Shown here: positions 1 to 11,237 of the stretch, one piece after another
How the letters are laid out: each line of letters starts with the position of its first letter
Numbering within the stretch: position 1 is the first letter of the stretch
From: a virus
DNA length: 64,000 nucleotides
Reading direction: 5' to 3' (one strand)
Virus record (IMG/VR): IMGVR_UViG_3300002835_000068
Span: 1 to 64,000 of that record
The notes under the pieces: generated by a model
What the model was told of the DNA's origin: nothing
What the model saw: the letters and a program-made list of their open reading frames with translations, nothing else
Database searches by the model: none
Program-made: the position numbers and the translations under genes

Positions 1-28
1 ACTAATGTAGAAGTTATATAGGAGGCTA

Positions 29-319
29 ATGTTTGACTTTATTTCAGCACCATTTGAATGGTTTGCTAATGTAGTTCAATACTCACTTATCTTCATGGCT
101 GTTATGATGTTAGTTCTAACAATAGGCGCAGTTGTTGCTATACCAATAGGATTAAAACTATTAGGTGTTGCATTCGCTAAAACTATTGTAGTAGAAACTA
201 GCAAAATTCTAAGAGATGTTGGAATTACTAACATAGACCTAAAACAAGCAAAAGAAAATGAAAAAATGAAGGCTTGGGTAGATCGCAAAGTCGTTCCTAT
301 ACTAAGTAAAACTAGTTAA
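29..319 (+). CDS. Hypothetical membrane protein
   Basis: GGAGG SD upstream; long hydrophobic N-terminal half. Confidence 0.7.
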   Translation: MFDFISAPFEWFANVVQYSLIFMAVMMLVLTIGAVVAIPIGLKLLGVAFAKTIVVETSKILRDVGITNIDLKQAKENEKMKAWVDRKVVPILSKTS

Positions 320-339
320 CATGGCGTGGTGATATTTAT

Positions 340-380
340 TAGGTAGGTGCCAGTGATTAAAAGTTACTAGGCACCGCCTA
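340..380 (+). terminator. Long RNA hairpin downstream of first ORF (terminator or stability element)
   Basis: TAGGT-A-GGTGCC-AGTGATT / AGTTACT-A-GGCACC-GCCTA; mismatches are G:U compatible on the + strand. Confidence 0.55.
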
Positions 381-539
381 CTAAATTAGTTAGCATCAAG
401 AAAAAAGCCCGAGTATGTGCTCACTATATTTTTGCCCTATTGTTTTTTAAATCACGCATCATACATCTGGTAAAAATATTCAGATTTTGGGGTATTTGAA
501 TTTTAAAAATTTTTTCAGATTTTGCGGTATAATGAATTC

Positions 540-728
540 ATGGGAATATTAGACAATTTTGAAAACGCCTGGGACATAGATCTTGAGACCGAATCATCAC
601 CTATAAAAGAAACAGATAACATGGGTAGAGAGATATTTTGGGAAGATATGGGCAGACCAGAAAATGATGGTTTGGCACTAAAATTATTTTCAGAAACCTG
701 CTGCTCTGATTGTTCTTGTAAGTCTTAG
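540..728 (+). CDS. Small acidic protein with Cys-rich C-terminus (CCSDCSCK), probably leaderless
   Basis: TATAAT at 528-533, ATG 6 nt later at 540 (MGILDNF). Confidence 0.6.
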   Translation: MGILDNFENAWDIDLETESSPIKETDNMGREIFWEDMGRPENDGLALKLFSETCCSDCSCKS

Positions 729-869
729 TTACTCATTTTCAGCAGAAATACGGTTACGCCAATACTCTTCTGTCATCATACGCATATTTGCAAGATCTTC
801 GTATTTTTCCTGGGTAGACTCAGAAAGATCTTCTAAATCACAATTCATTAAATATTGCTTTAGTTCCAT
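729..869 (-). CDS. Hypothetical 46-aa protein (below ORF-track cutoff)
   Basis: Read by hand: MELKQYLMNCDLEDLSESTQEKYEDLANMRMMTEEYWRNRISAENE; continues the minus-strand operon. Confidence 0.55.
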   Translation of the reverse strand: MELKQYLMNCDLEDLSESTQEKYEDLANMRMMTEEYWRNRISAENE

Positions 870-1054
870 TCTGTAATAACTCCATTTTCTCTCAAAACGT
901 CATAGAGAATACCATTGACAAACTCCATTGATTCACGTCCTGCTAAGATAAACTCTTCAATCTGTTCTGCTGAAAAGTTATTTTGTGCAGCATTGTATCT
1001 ATTGAACTCGTCAACAGTGTTGCACATTAATGTTACAACTTCTTCTCTGTTCAT
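860..1054 (-). CDS. Hypothetical protein
   Basis: Tightly packed in minus-strand operon, GAGAGATGG upstream. Confidence 0.65.
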   Translation of the reverse strand: MNREEVVTLMCNTVDEFNRYNAAQNNFSAEQIEEFILAGRESMEFVNGILYDVLRENGVITEWN

Positions 1055-1055
1055 A

Positions 1056-1262
1056 TTACCATCTCTCTATTGGACATTTTGCTTGCTTTAATGTGGTCTT
1101 CAGTTGCATGAAACAACCACACTTTCTACATTTCTGAAGTGATTTTTTAAACCACTCACAAGTATTACATATTTTTAGGCGGGACTCAATGAGTTCACGA
1201 TCTGATCTTGGTTGATTAGGATCAAACAAGTCAGTAAACTTAACATCATCACTCACTTCCAT
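1056..1262 (-). CDS. Six-Cys small protein (CxxC...CxxCGC...CPxxxW, DUF6171-like); paralog of 7992-8237
   Basis: RLKICNTC...KCRKCGCFMQLK...KCPIERW; start may be GTG at 1256. Confidence 0.75.
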   Translation of the reverse strand: MEVSDDVKFTDLFDPNQPRSDRELIESRLKICNTCEWFKKSLQKCRKCGCFMQLKTTLKQAKCPIERW

Positions 1263-2023
1263 TCCACCTCTTGATCATATGTAACCGAATACTCGCCTCC
1301 GAATATTTCAGCATATGACACTATATCTCTATTATACCTTATGGCGGTGTTTAAGCCGACTTTATCTGACATGTACTTGATACCACTAACTATTGGTTCA
1401 AAAGCCATCTGTTCGGCTTCTAGGGCCTTATTTAGGTTATCCAGGTATCTTGTCTTGCCAAACCTTTTACTAGTAAATGCTTGGTCTACATATACTTTTC
1501 TAAATTCATTATCTGCCTCTATTGTGGATTCGAGGTTTTCCATAACATAAGAAACTTCTGGACAATCCATCCTGGTAGACCAGTTTCGCATGTTCTCGCT
1601 GTAAAATTCCATATTGCGTAGTGTAGAGTCAGCGAATGCCATGCGTATTTTGTCTTCATCGGATGTATCAGCCTCTGTTGCGAACGAAATTAAAAACGCA
1701 GTTGCGAACGGAAACTTTTCTCGATACTTATTGACCCTATAGTGTACATTCGGATTAAATGAGTTAGGCGCTATGTTATCTTCTAGTAGTCTCATATGAT
1801 TTCCGATTGACACATACCCTGGCCTATTCATGTCACAGTCGACGAACAAGCATTCTTCTGGATTGATCCCTTCGGCGAGACACAAAATATTTTTATCGTA
1901 TGAACCCACTATTTTCGAACCGTTAAAACGCTCTAGTAATTTTGCGGACATAAAACCATCCATGTCAGGGGATATAATTAAATTCTTGGAATACTCCAAA
2001 GTGTCGAGTATGTCTGTTTTCAT
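1253..2023 (-). CDS. DHH-superfamily phosphoesterase-like protein
   Basis: Motifs in DHH order: SPDMDG, FVDCD, GNH (variant of DHH), NPN, ADS. Confidence 0.6.
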   Translation of the reverse strand: MKTDILDTLEYSKNLIISPDMDGFMSAKLLERFNGSKIVGSYDKNILCLAEGINPEECLFVDCDMNRPGYVSIGNHMRLLEDNIAPNSFNPNVHYRVNKYREKFPFATAFLISFATEADTSDEDKIRMAFADSTLRNMEFYSENMRNWSTRMDCPEVSYVMENLESTIEADNEFRKVYVDQAFTSKRFGKTRYLDNLNKALEAEQMAFEPIVSGIKYMSDKVGLNTAIRYNRDIVSYAEIFGGEYSVTYDQEVEWK

Positions 2024-2055
2024 TTTTAAAATACACCCCTTATAATAATACAGTT

Positions 2056-2325
2056 ATGACAATCCAGGACTGGGCATCACTCATTGTAGCAATACTTACA
2101 ATTGTATCATCAATCGCCTTTGCAATCAAGTGGCTCGTAAAACATTATTTAAGCGAATTAAAGCCAAATTCTGGATCTTCATTAAAAGACCAAGTTAACC
2201 GACTAGAGAGTGCTTTGGACGAACAGAGGTTAGATTCTCTAGTGTCAAGAGATAGACAAGAAAAGAAACTCGACGAAATGTATAAAATTTTAATTGAGCA
2301 TATTGCCAAGTTTGACAATAAGTAG
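2056..2325 (+). CDS. Single-TM membrane protein with coiled coil (DUF2746-like, holin-associated type)
   Basis: N-terminal TM helix then ELKPNSGSSLKDQVNRLE, a motif typical of actinophage membrane proteins. Confidence 0.65.
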   Translation: MTIQDWASLIVAILTIVSSIAFAIKWLVKHYLSELKPNSGSSLKDQVNRLESALDEQRLDSLVSRDRQEKKLDEMYKILIEHIAKFDNK

Positions 2326-2526
2326 TTTTCCTATATACTATATATAATATATCTTCTATATAAAAACCTTAAAGATAGTTCTTTTTTCTTATATATATTT
2401 AGTATACACTATCCGACATCCTGACATCTTATGACAAAACAGTATAAAACGGACATTCTTAATTATAACAATTTGATAACTTTAAATATAGGTGTCCGTA
2501 TTGTCCTGATATGATATAATTTATAT

Positions 2527-2582
2527 TGACTAGTACTCTGGTTTGTCTCATACCCACCAGCCTGAGTACTAGTCATTTTTTT
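2527..2582 (+). ncRNA. Putative ~55-nt hairpin small RNA with own promoter and U-tail
   Basis: TGATATAAT 2512-2520; perfect 12-bp stem TGACTAGTACTC/GAGTACTAGTCA, inner TGGT/ACCA, T7 run. Confidence 0.5.
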
Positions 2583-2583
2583 A

Positions 2584-2592
2584 TGGTATAAT
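2584..2592 (+). promoter_or_regulatory. Extended -10 promoter, leaderless
   Basis: TGGTATAAT, ATG 6 nt downstream, no SD. Confidence 0.75.
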
Positions 2593-2598
2593 CACATT

Positions 2599-2994
2599 AT
2601 GTCTACTTGCTCCCCAGAAATATTTGGCGCTGATCCAGTAAGTATCCAATGGCGTGTCGTCAGAGGAGATACTGGCTCTCTACGTGTTGAATTTTTGCAA
2701 GATAACGAGGTAGATTTTTATGACACTACTGGGTGGATTTTTAGAGCAACCGCTTATGACCAATCTGGAGACATCCTTGATGCTCTTGACTGTGAGCCTG
2801 GAGAAGGCTTTGTTGATATAAAGGCATATCCATCAGTTACAAAAAATTGGGGATTAAAATATTTAAGAACAGTTGCCGAACTACCATTTGATGTTCAAGT
2901 GACTATTCCAGAACTAATCGAAGACAATGTTTGGACTCCAGTAATTGGAACCATACATGTATTAGGCGACATTACACCAGGGGGTACACTATAA
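2599..2994 (+). CDS. Virion accessory protein (BppU N-terminal-like Ig fold); paralog of 11775-12164
   Basis: WRVVRGDT...FDVQV...WTPVIGTI pattern. Confidence 0.6.
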   Translation: MSTCSPEIFGADPVSIQWRVVRGDTGSLRVEFLQDNEVDFYDTTGWIFRATAYDQSGDILDALDCEPGEGFVDIKAYPSVTKNWGLKYLRTVAELPFDVQVTIPELIEDNVWTPVIGTIHVLGDITPGGTL

Positions 2995-3386
2995 TGGCAG
3001 TTATTAAGATTGTTCCAATGCCAGGCGCAGTTGGAGACAAGGGAGACGAAGGAGCCGTAGGCCCTCAAGGTCCTCAAGGAGCACAGGGTGTACAGGGACC
3101 CGCAGGTGCTGACGCACTATGGTCTTACAATGGTGAATACAACCCAGGTGCAGGATATGCAGTTGGAGATGTTGTAACATACGAAGGACAACTTTGGTAT
3201 CGCAAGCATCCTAATGGTGGAAACGTTGGAGACACACCATCAGAAGGATTTATTTGGGATTTACTTGCAGCAAAGGGTGCAGATGCTGAATTACCAACTG
3301 GAGCATCAGGAACATTTCATACTCCAGATTCTAAAATAGTTGTTGTTACCAACGGAATCATTACATCTATAGAGTCACTGACTTAA
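2994..3386 (+). CDS. Collagen-like protein with CBM5/12-like carbohydrate-binding motif
   Basis: Gly-X-Y run GDKGDEGAVGPQGPQGAQGVQGPAG; YAVGDVVTYEGQLWY; TAATG coupling puts start at 2994. Confidence 0.75.
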   Translation: MAVIKIVPMPGAVGDKGDEGAVGPQGPQGAQGVQGPAGADALWSYNGEYNPGAGYAVGDVVTYEGQLWYRKHPNGGNVGDTPSEGFIWDLLAAKGADAELPTGASGTFHTPDSKIVVVTNGIITSIESLT

Positions 3387-3406
3387 TATAGTGAGATAAT
3401 AACTCC

Positions 3407-4135
3407 ATGGCCGTTTCTAAATCTATGGATTTTCCAGGTGCAAAAAAATCATCTTATGCTGCACAAGTAGAACAAAGTCAAGCATCTCCTACTGTAGATA
3501 ATGCTCTTTCATTTCTTCCAGTCCCTGGCCCAGTAGGACCACAGGGACCCGCAGGTAGAGATGGTAAAGATGGAAAGCCAGGACCTGAAGGACCAGAAGG
3601 AAAGCCAGGTCCAAAGGGTGATAAAGGTCCAGCAGGTAAAGATGGAGCAAGTTCTGTATCATCTTCAGGACAGCAAGCAGGATGGGCTTCCTATCACAAT
3701 AAAATAGAAAAACCTTTTAAACTTGGAATATCTGAGGGATATGATGGTTGGGTAACTGTTTTTGTTTTATCTGATGAACTATCAAACGAAAGATATTTAC
3801 CTAAAGACTGTGCTTCATTATGGAATGACCATTCTAGAGCCTTTAATTTTAAAGGACTTAAAGAAGGCTCTCAAGTATTTATAACCTACAGTTTTGAGTT
3901 AACAACATATAGCAGTAACACAGAAGCCTGGATTCGAACATATTCTCCAAGCAGCGAACTAGACATTGCTCAGTTTATAGGCTCAATGAAATACCAACAT
4001 ACCTATCCAATAACTGTAACTCAGCATGTGTTTATTGAAAACCAAAAAATCTGGGGTAACGGAGCAGTTCCTCAAATTAGAACCGATTATGACGCATCAG
4101 TAATTCTCAAATCTATATATGTCAGCGTGGTATAA
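3407..4135 (+). CDS. Collagen triple-helix repeat virion protein
   Basis: GPVGPQGPAGRDGKDGKPGPEGPEGKPGPKGDKGPAGKDG; TGAGATAAT 6 nt upstream. Confidence 0.8.
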   Translation: MAVSKSMDFPGAKKSSYAAQVEQSQASPTVDNALSFLPVPGPVGPQGPAGRDGKDGKPGPEGPEGKPGPKGDKGPAGKDGASSVSSSGQQAGWASYHNKIEKPFKLGISEGYDGWVTVFVLSDELSNERYLPKDCASLWNDHSRAFNFKGLKEGSQVFITYSFELTTYSSNTEAWIRTYSPSSELDIAQFIGSMKYQHTYPITVTQHVFIENQKIWGNGAVPQIRTDYDASVILKSIYVSVV

Positions 4136-4142
4136 TAAAACT

Positions 4143-4775
4143 ATGGCATTTCCAGGAGAACTTAATATAAACTATTACAAGGGTGACACCCATGAGTTTA
4201 AGGTGTACCCTCAAAAAACAGACAACTCCATATTTTCTCTAAGCGATTACAGCAATGCCACATTCAAAATTGCAGAAGTTAGGGGAGCAGCAGGAGTTGC
4301 AAACCAGATTTCTGGAAGTGCAATAATATCAACAGATGGAACACACATCACCTGTGCAATTACTCCAGAAAATGGAGCAGCAATGAATTCCTCCATCACC
4401 TACGTTTATGATATTCAGGTTTATGCACAAGGATCAGGAACCTACGATAAAATTTTTACACTTTTAACTGGCTCTATATCAGTAACAGATGATGTTTCTC
4501 AGGGTATTGGATCTCCAAATAGTGCAATCGCTACATATAGGGTTATATATCATAATACAAATGCAACTAGCGGAGAAGTTCCTACGGACACAACAGAGTA
4601 TGTTCCAAATCAGAATGTAGTTGTTGCAAACAATGGAACTCTTGCAAGGCTTGGATATACGTTTTCTGGTTGGTCAAGATCTGCTGACGGAACTGGAACT
4701 GTCTATACAGCAGGATCTACAATTCCCTTAATTAATGGAGATATAAAACTTTATCCTAAGTGGACGGTACAATGA
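4143..4775 (+). CDS. Virion protein: BppU-like N-domain plus InlB B-repeat (Listeria-Bacteroides repeat)
   Basis: RLGYTFSGWSRSADGTGTVY...IKLYPKW; leaderless start at 4143 after TGGTATAAT. Confidence 0.75.
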   Translation: MAFPGELNINYYKGDTHEFKVYPQKTDNSIFSLSDYSNATFKIAEVRGAAGVANQISGSAIISTDGTHITCAITPENGAAMNSSITYVYDIQVYAQGSGTYDKIFTLLTGSISVTDDVSQGIGSPNSAIATYRVIYHNTNATSGEVPTDTTEYVPNQNVVVANNGTLARLGYTFSGWSRSADGTGTVYTAGSTIPLINGDIKLYPKWTVQ

Positions 4776-5359
4776 CAAACATCTTTGTATCACCAGAAGA
4801 TGTTAAGGTAATTGGTGGCACAGCCAATGTAAATGTCGAAGTAGATTTTGGACCACAAGGAGATAGAGGAAATCTTTTTCTTGTGGGATACGGAAACCCA
4901 AACACAGTATCACACTCTGTTACATTACAATTGCTTGACCTATATATAAATGTTCAGGCTACAGATGACGATTACCTAGTTATGTATCAATACCAAAATG
5001 TTTCTGGCACCAATACCTGGGTAGAAACAGCAACACTTATGACAGATAAATTTAGTGTCATTAGACAGGTAGCATTCACAAATGGAAAGACAACAAGCGA
5101 GGTAGACTTTAAAGTATCAAACATTGCTCCACTTAGTCTTGTAGGTGGACTAACAGCAGAAAATTTTAACATACAGTGCACATTCTCTGACCCTACAAAC
5201 CCCATTGCTCACTCAATTACAGTTAAGCCTTTAGAGTTTCAAGCGGGTACTGGAGATCAGATATTGCCAGTTGATATAAATGCCGTTGAATTTTCAGGGG
5301 GAAGTTGGGTTGGTCTAAATAGAACCGTATATATTCATTTCCTAATTACGGTGGTATAA
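4772..5359 (+). CDS. Virion structural protein (hypothetical)
   Basis: ATGA coupling to upstream gene; short GPQGDRG collagen-like segment. Confidence 0.65.
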   Translation: MTNIFVSPEDVKVIGGTANVNVEVDFGPQGDRGNLFLVGYGNPNTVSHSVTLQLLDLYINVQATDDDYLVMYQYQNVSGTNTWVETATLMTDKFSVIRQVAFTNGKTTSEVDFKVSNIAPLSLVGGLTAENFNIQCTFSDPTNPIAHSITVKPLEFQAGTGDQILPVDINAVEFSGGSWVGLNRTVYIHFLITVV

Positions 5360-5378
5360 TCTAAGATGGTGATATGTA

Positions 5379-7976
<2,598 letters not shown>

Positions 7977-7991
7977 TGTATAATTTTATAT

Positions 7992-8237
7992 ATGACAAGT
8001 CGTATAGAAAAAATAAAAGAAATAATTGAAGCCAATAAAGCATCAGCAGTAGGCCCATTAGACATATTAAATCCAAATACAGAGTGGGTAGACGATGATT
8101 TATATAATGAAAGGTATTCCTTATGCCTATCTTGTCCAGAATTAATAAATTTAACAAAACAGTGTAAAAAATGTGGCTGTTTTATGACGGTAAAGAGTAA
8201 GATGAAGATAGCAACATGTCCGCTAGGAAAATGGTAA
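7992..8237 (+). CDS. Six-Cys small protein (DUF6171-like); paralog of 1056-1262
   Basis: CLSC...QCKKCGCFMTVK...TCPLGKW; TATAAT 7 nt upstream (leaderless). Confidence 0.8.
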   Translation: MTSRIEKIKEIIEANKASAVGPLDILNPNTEWVDDDLYNERYSLCLSCPELINLTKQCKKCGCFMTVKSKMKIATCPLGKW

Positions 8238-8929
8238 TGAGTATTGAAGAAAACCCACCAACTATTGCATGGGTAACCTTGACAAATGGAAGAAAAGAAT
8301 ATTTTGAAAAATCAAGACCTTCTTGGTACCAAAAAATGCATGGAAATATAGTTGAAGAAATAATTGTTGACACTTCAGGAGACCCTGAGTATTTAAATTG
8401 GCTAACAAGCAACTATCCTAGTGCTAAAGTTATTCCGTTAGGAAAAACAAGTTTAAGTTATGCAAAATCTGTAAAGTTTTTGCTTGATGTATGTTCATCA
8501 ATAGATTGTGACTATATATTTCATTTAGAAGATGATTATATTTTAGAAAAAGACATTGTTCTTGAGGATGCAATTGATATATTAAAAGAAAACGAAAATA
8601 TTGTTCAGGTTCATTTTATAAGACAGCCATGGATTCAAGAAGAAATAGATGCAGGAAGTGTTTTAAACTATTGCAAAGGTTTTGGTATTTCTATGGATGA
8701 AAAACAAAACAGCAAATCTTCGTGGGTTGAGCATACTTGTTATTTTACATTTGGACCAAACATATATAAAAAAGATCTTGTGTTTACGCAATGGAATACA
8801 GATAAAGACCCAGAACTAGAATTTTACAGAGTTTTAATATCAAATAAAAATAAAACTGCAACATTTGGAAAACTTGATGATCCAAATATTGTAACGCACA
8901 TAGGTCACTATAGGTTGGGAACAAAATGA
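8237..8929 (+). CDS. GT-A fold glycosyltransferase (GT2-like)
   Basis: VTLTNGR, IIVDTSGD, YIFHLEDDY (DxD region), late HIG; TAATG coupling suggests start 8237. Confidence 0.8.
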   Translation: MSIEENPPTIAWVTLTNGRKEYFEKSRPSWYQKMHGNIVEEIIVDTSGDPEYLNWLTSNYPSAKVIPLGKTSLSYAKSVKFLLDVCSSIDCDYIFHLEDDYILEKDIVLEDAIDILKENENIVQVHFIRQPWIQEEIDAGSVLNYCKGFGISMDEKQNSKSSWVEHTCYFTFGPNIYKKDLVFTQWNTDKDPELEFYRVLISNKNKTATFGKLDDPNIVTHIGHYRLGTK

Positions 8930-10527
8930 TAAAATTAACATGTGATAATTTAAAACAAGAAAAGTTTCTAGATTATGAGTTTGACGCAATAGAGATAAAT
9001 AATTTTTCTGTAAAAAATGATAAAAGTAAAAAGATTTTTGTTCCTGGGGAGACATACTTATTTCCAACATATTCTGCATACGGACACTCTCTTGTAGACG
9101 TATATGCACAGTTTAAAGTTCTTCAATTAAAGTATAAAGACATTAAACCATTCTTCTATGAGCAAAGCGAAAAAGGCTATTTGTTTAATGAAAGAATATT
9201 AAAAGATCAAATGTTTATGTTAGGGTACAGTGATGCAGAAGTATTAGACATATCAAAAGGTAATTATGTTTTTGAAAAAGTTATAATGTTTTTTGATATG
9301 AATAATACATTCCCAGAAGACTTTTATTCTAAAAATGGAGCCACAAGAAGTTCTCACTACTTCCCATTTTGCAACTGCTATAGAGGAACAGAGCCTTGCG
9401 GAGAAAGTAAATATTTTAAGTATAACTATTTAGCAATAGATATGCTAAAAGAAAGTTTTAAAGAATGGTTTAAAACTGAAAAAACGGAAAAGTTTTTTAT
9501 TTCAAGAGAAAGATATAACAAAAAATATCAAGATCAAATAAAATACTATTCACAAAAAGCAGTTTTGTCAGATCAAGAAAAACTTATGTATCATATTGCA
9601 AAAACCAGGTCTACAGAAAAAGAAAAATATATAGAACAACTATTTAGGGAAAATGGATACAAAATTATATATGCAGAAGACTATACCCTAAAGCAGCAAG
9701 TTAAACTTTTTAGTTCTGCAAAAGTTATTGCAAGCGTTTCAGGTACTGGACTTTTTAATACCTTCTGGTGTGACAAACAGACAAAGGTGTTTGAGATTTT
9801 AGCAGTTCCAGAATATAAGTATCACTACAAGGAGTTTGCAGAGCACTCTGGAACAGATCATTCATATATTGATGTTATTTCTCTTTCTACTGAAGACTCT
9901 ATTAAAAAAATCCAAGAATCTTTAGATCAAAACCTATTAAGAACTGAATTAGAAAATATTGATATGGATATCGTAAGACAGGCTATTGCAGAAAATAGAA
10001 TTCATATTTTTAAGAATGTGTTTCCCAAGAGACCATCATGGGACACTCTTATGTCAGTTACTTCTAACTATGTTGAACAAGACTTAGAAAAGTTTCCAGA
10101 GAGGTCATACCTCTTAAATGATTTTGTTGAGGGCGAATCTTCTGACATGAGACTAAAATGTAGATTTTGGTCAAGGATGGCATTTCAGTTATATGATCCA
10201 GAAGATGCGTACATGTCAATAATCCCAGAACTAGAACCAGTAACTGCTTGGGCTCTTTCTGAGTATGGCTCAGACATTTATACTGGAAACTTTGGTTTAA
10301 TATCTTTGATGAAAAACAGGGGAGTAGTTGGAAGCAAGCATAGAGACTATGTTGATCAGTTCCAGTGGGTAGTTAAAGGTGAAATGATTTGGCGTACTGG
10401 AGAGAACTTAGAAAATGAAGACCATGCAGTAGAGGGCGACTTTATCTTTGTTCCTAAAAATCTTGCTCATGAAGTTGAGACGACAAAGGCTCCAAGAGCA
10501 GCAATTAACCTTATTTTAAGAAACTAA
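8926..10527 (+). CDS. Fusion: GT61 (DUF563) glycosyltransferase + JmjC/cupin 2OG-Fe(II) hydroxylase
   Basis: YGH, FISR, EDYTLKQQVKLFSSAKVIASVSGTGLFN (GT61); HRD...KGEMIW...GDFIFVP...HEV (JmjC, from ~9964). Confidence 0.8.
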   Translation: MIKLTCDNLKQEKFLDYEFDAIEINNFSVKNDKSKKIFVPGETYLFPTYSAYGHSLVDVYAQFKVLQLKYKDIKPFFYEQSEKGYLFNERILKDQMFMLGYSDAEVLDISKGNYVFEKVIMFFDMNNTFPEDFYSKNGATRSSHYFPFCNCYRGTEPCGESKYFKYNYLAIDMLKESFKEWFKTEKTEKFFISRERYNKKYQDQIKYYSQKAVLSDQEKLMYHIAKTRSTEKEKYIEQLFRENGYKIIYAEDYTLKQQVKLFSSAKVIASVSGTGLFNTFWCDKQTKVFEILAVPEYKYHYKEFAEHSGTDHSYIDVISLSTEDSIKKIQESLDQNLLRTELENIDMDIVRQAIAENRIHIFKNVFPKRPSWDTLMSVTSNYVEQDLEKFPERSYLLNDFVEGESSDMRLKCRFWSRMAFQLYDPEDAYMSIIPELEPVTAWALSEYGSDIYTGNFGLISLMKNRGVVGSKHRDYVDQFQWVVKGEMIWRTGENLENEDHAVEGDFIFVPKNLAHEVETTKAPRAAINLILRN

Positions 10528-10530
10528 AAA

Positions 10531-10556
10531 GCACCTATAGTTTATACCATAGGTGC
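10531..10556. terminator. Hairpin between convergent genes (likely terminator)
   Basis: GCACCTAT...ATAGGTGC, preceded by an A-run (U-tail on the minus strand). Confidence 0.7.
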
Positions 10557-10572
10557 CTCTAGTTATTATATT

Positions 10573-11136
10573 TTACTTAGGAAATTTAGCCATCCAGGAC
10601 TTAGTTCTTGGAGTAATGCCCTTCCATGAGGACCAGTCTTCTCCACCCTTTGTCATATAATATGCAATCTCTGCATTTTTGACGGGATTGAATAGTTCAG
10701 CATTTGATTCAAGATCAAACTTAGTTCTACGATCAGGACCAAGGTTGTCAATCATATTAATTTGAAACATTCCATAGGATGAGTCTCCAGTCTTGTGGTT
10801 GCCATTAAAAGCCAATGGACGACCATTAGACTCCTTCTTAGCAACTGCCCAAGCAACTACAAGGTCTTTACCCTTGAAGCCTACTAGCGAAAGGAGTTCC
10901 TTTAGTTCCAAATCAGTCAGAGAAACCTTGTTCTCAAAACTCTCTAGTTTTTTTGCCTTAGAAACCAAAAAAACCTCTTTCGAGGCAGTTTCCGATGTCT
11001 GAGCCTGTTCCAGGCTAAGATTGTTTTTTGTATTTAGTTCTGGGGTAGCATTAGCAGCATTAGAAAATACACTGACAAGTGCCACGATACTGAGTGTGCT
11101 AATGATCTCTTTGTTTCTTTCGATAAATTTAATCAT
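10573..11136 (-). CDS. Secreted lysozyme-like lytic transglycosylase with signal peptide
   Basis: AVAKKES (catalytic E), SYGMFQIN, NPVKNA, WSSW; signal peptide ending ANA; AAGGAGG SD sets start at 11136. Confidence 0.8.
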   Translation of the reverse strand: MIKFIERNKEIISTLSIVALVSVFSNAANATPELNTKNNLSLEQAQTSETASKEVFLVSKAKKLESFENKVSLTDLELKELLSLVGFKGKDLVVAWAVAKKESNGRPLAFNGNHKTGDSSYGMFQINMIDNLGPDRRTKFDLESNAELFNPVKNAEIAYYMTKGGEDWSSWKGITPRTKSWMAKFPK

Positions 11137-11183
11137 AGTTTCCTCCTTAGAAAACAATAACACCTTGGTAGGTGTCTATACCA

Positions 11184-11213
11184 AGTATAACATAATTTTG
11201 AGCCAAAAGTCAA
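11184..11213 (-). promoter_or_regulatory. Sigma70-type promoter for the transglycosylase
   Basis: Minus strand TTGACT-N18-TATACT with TG extension. Confidence 0.7.
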
Positions 11214-11237
11214 ATCTGGGTGTATAATTATTTTATT

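Noticed and set aside
2527-2575. tRNA-Met
   Set aside because: CAT-containing loop but no cloverleaf, T-arm or CCA acceptor; kept only as a hairpin RNA
11137-11183. c-di-AMP riboswitch or alternative-hairpin switch before the transglycosylase
   Set aside because: Leader is ~40 nt and the competing TTGGTA arm lies upstream of the predicted start site
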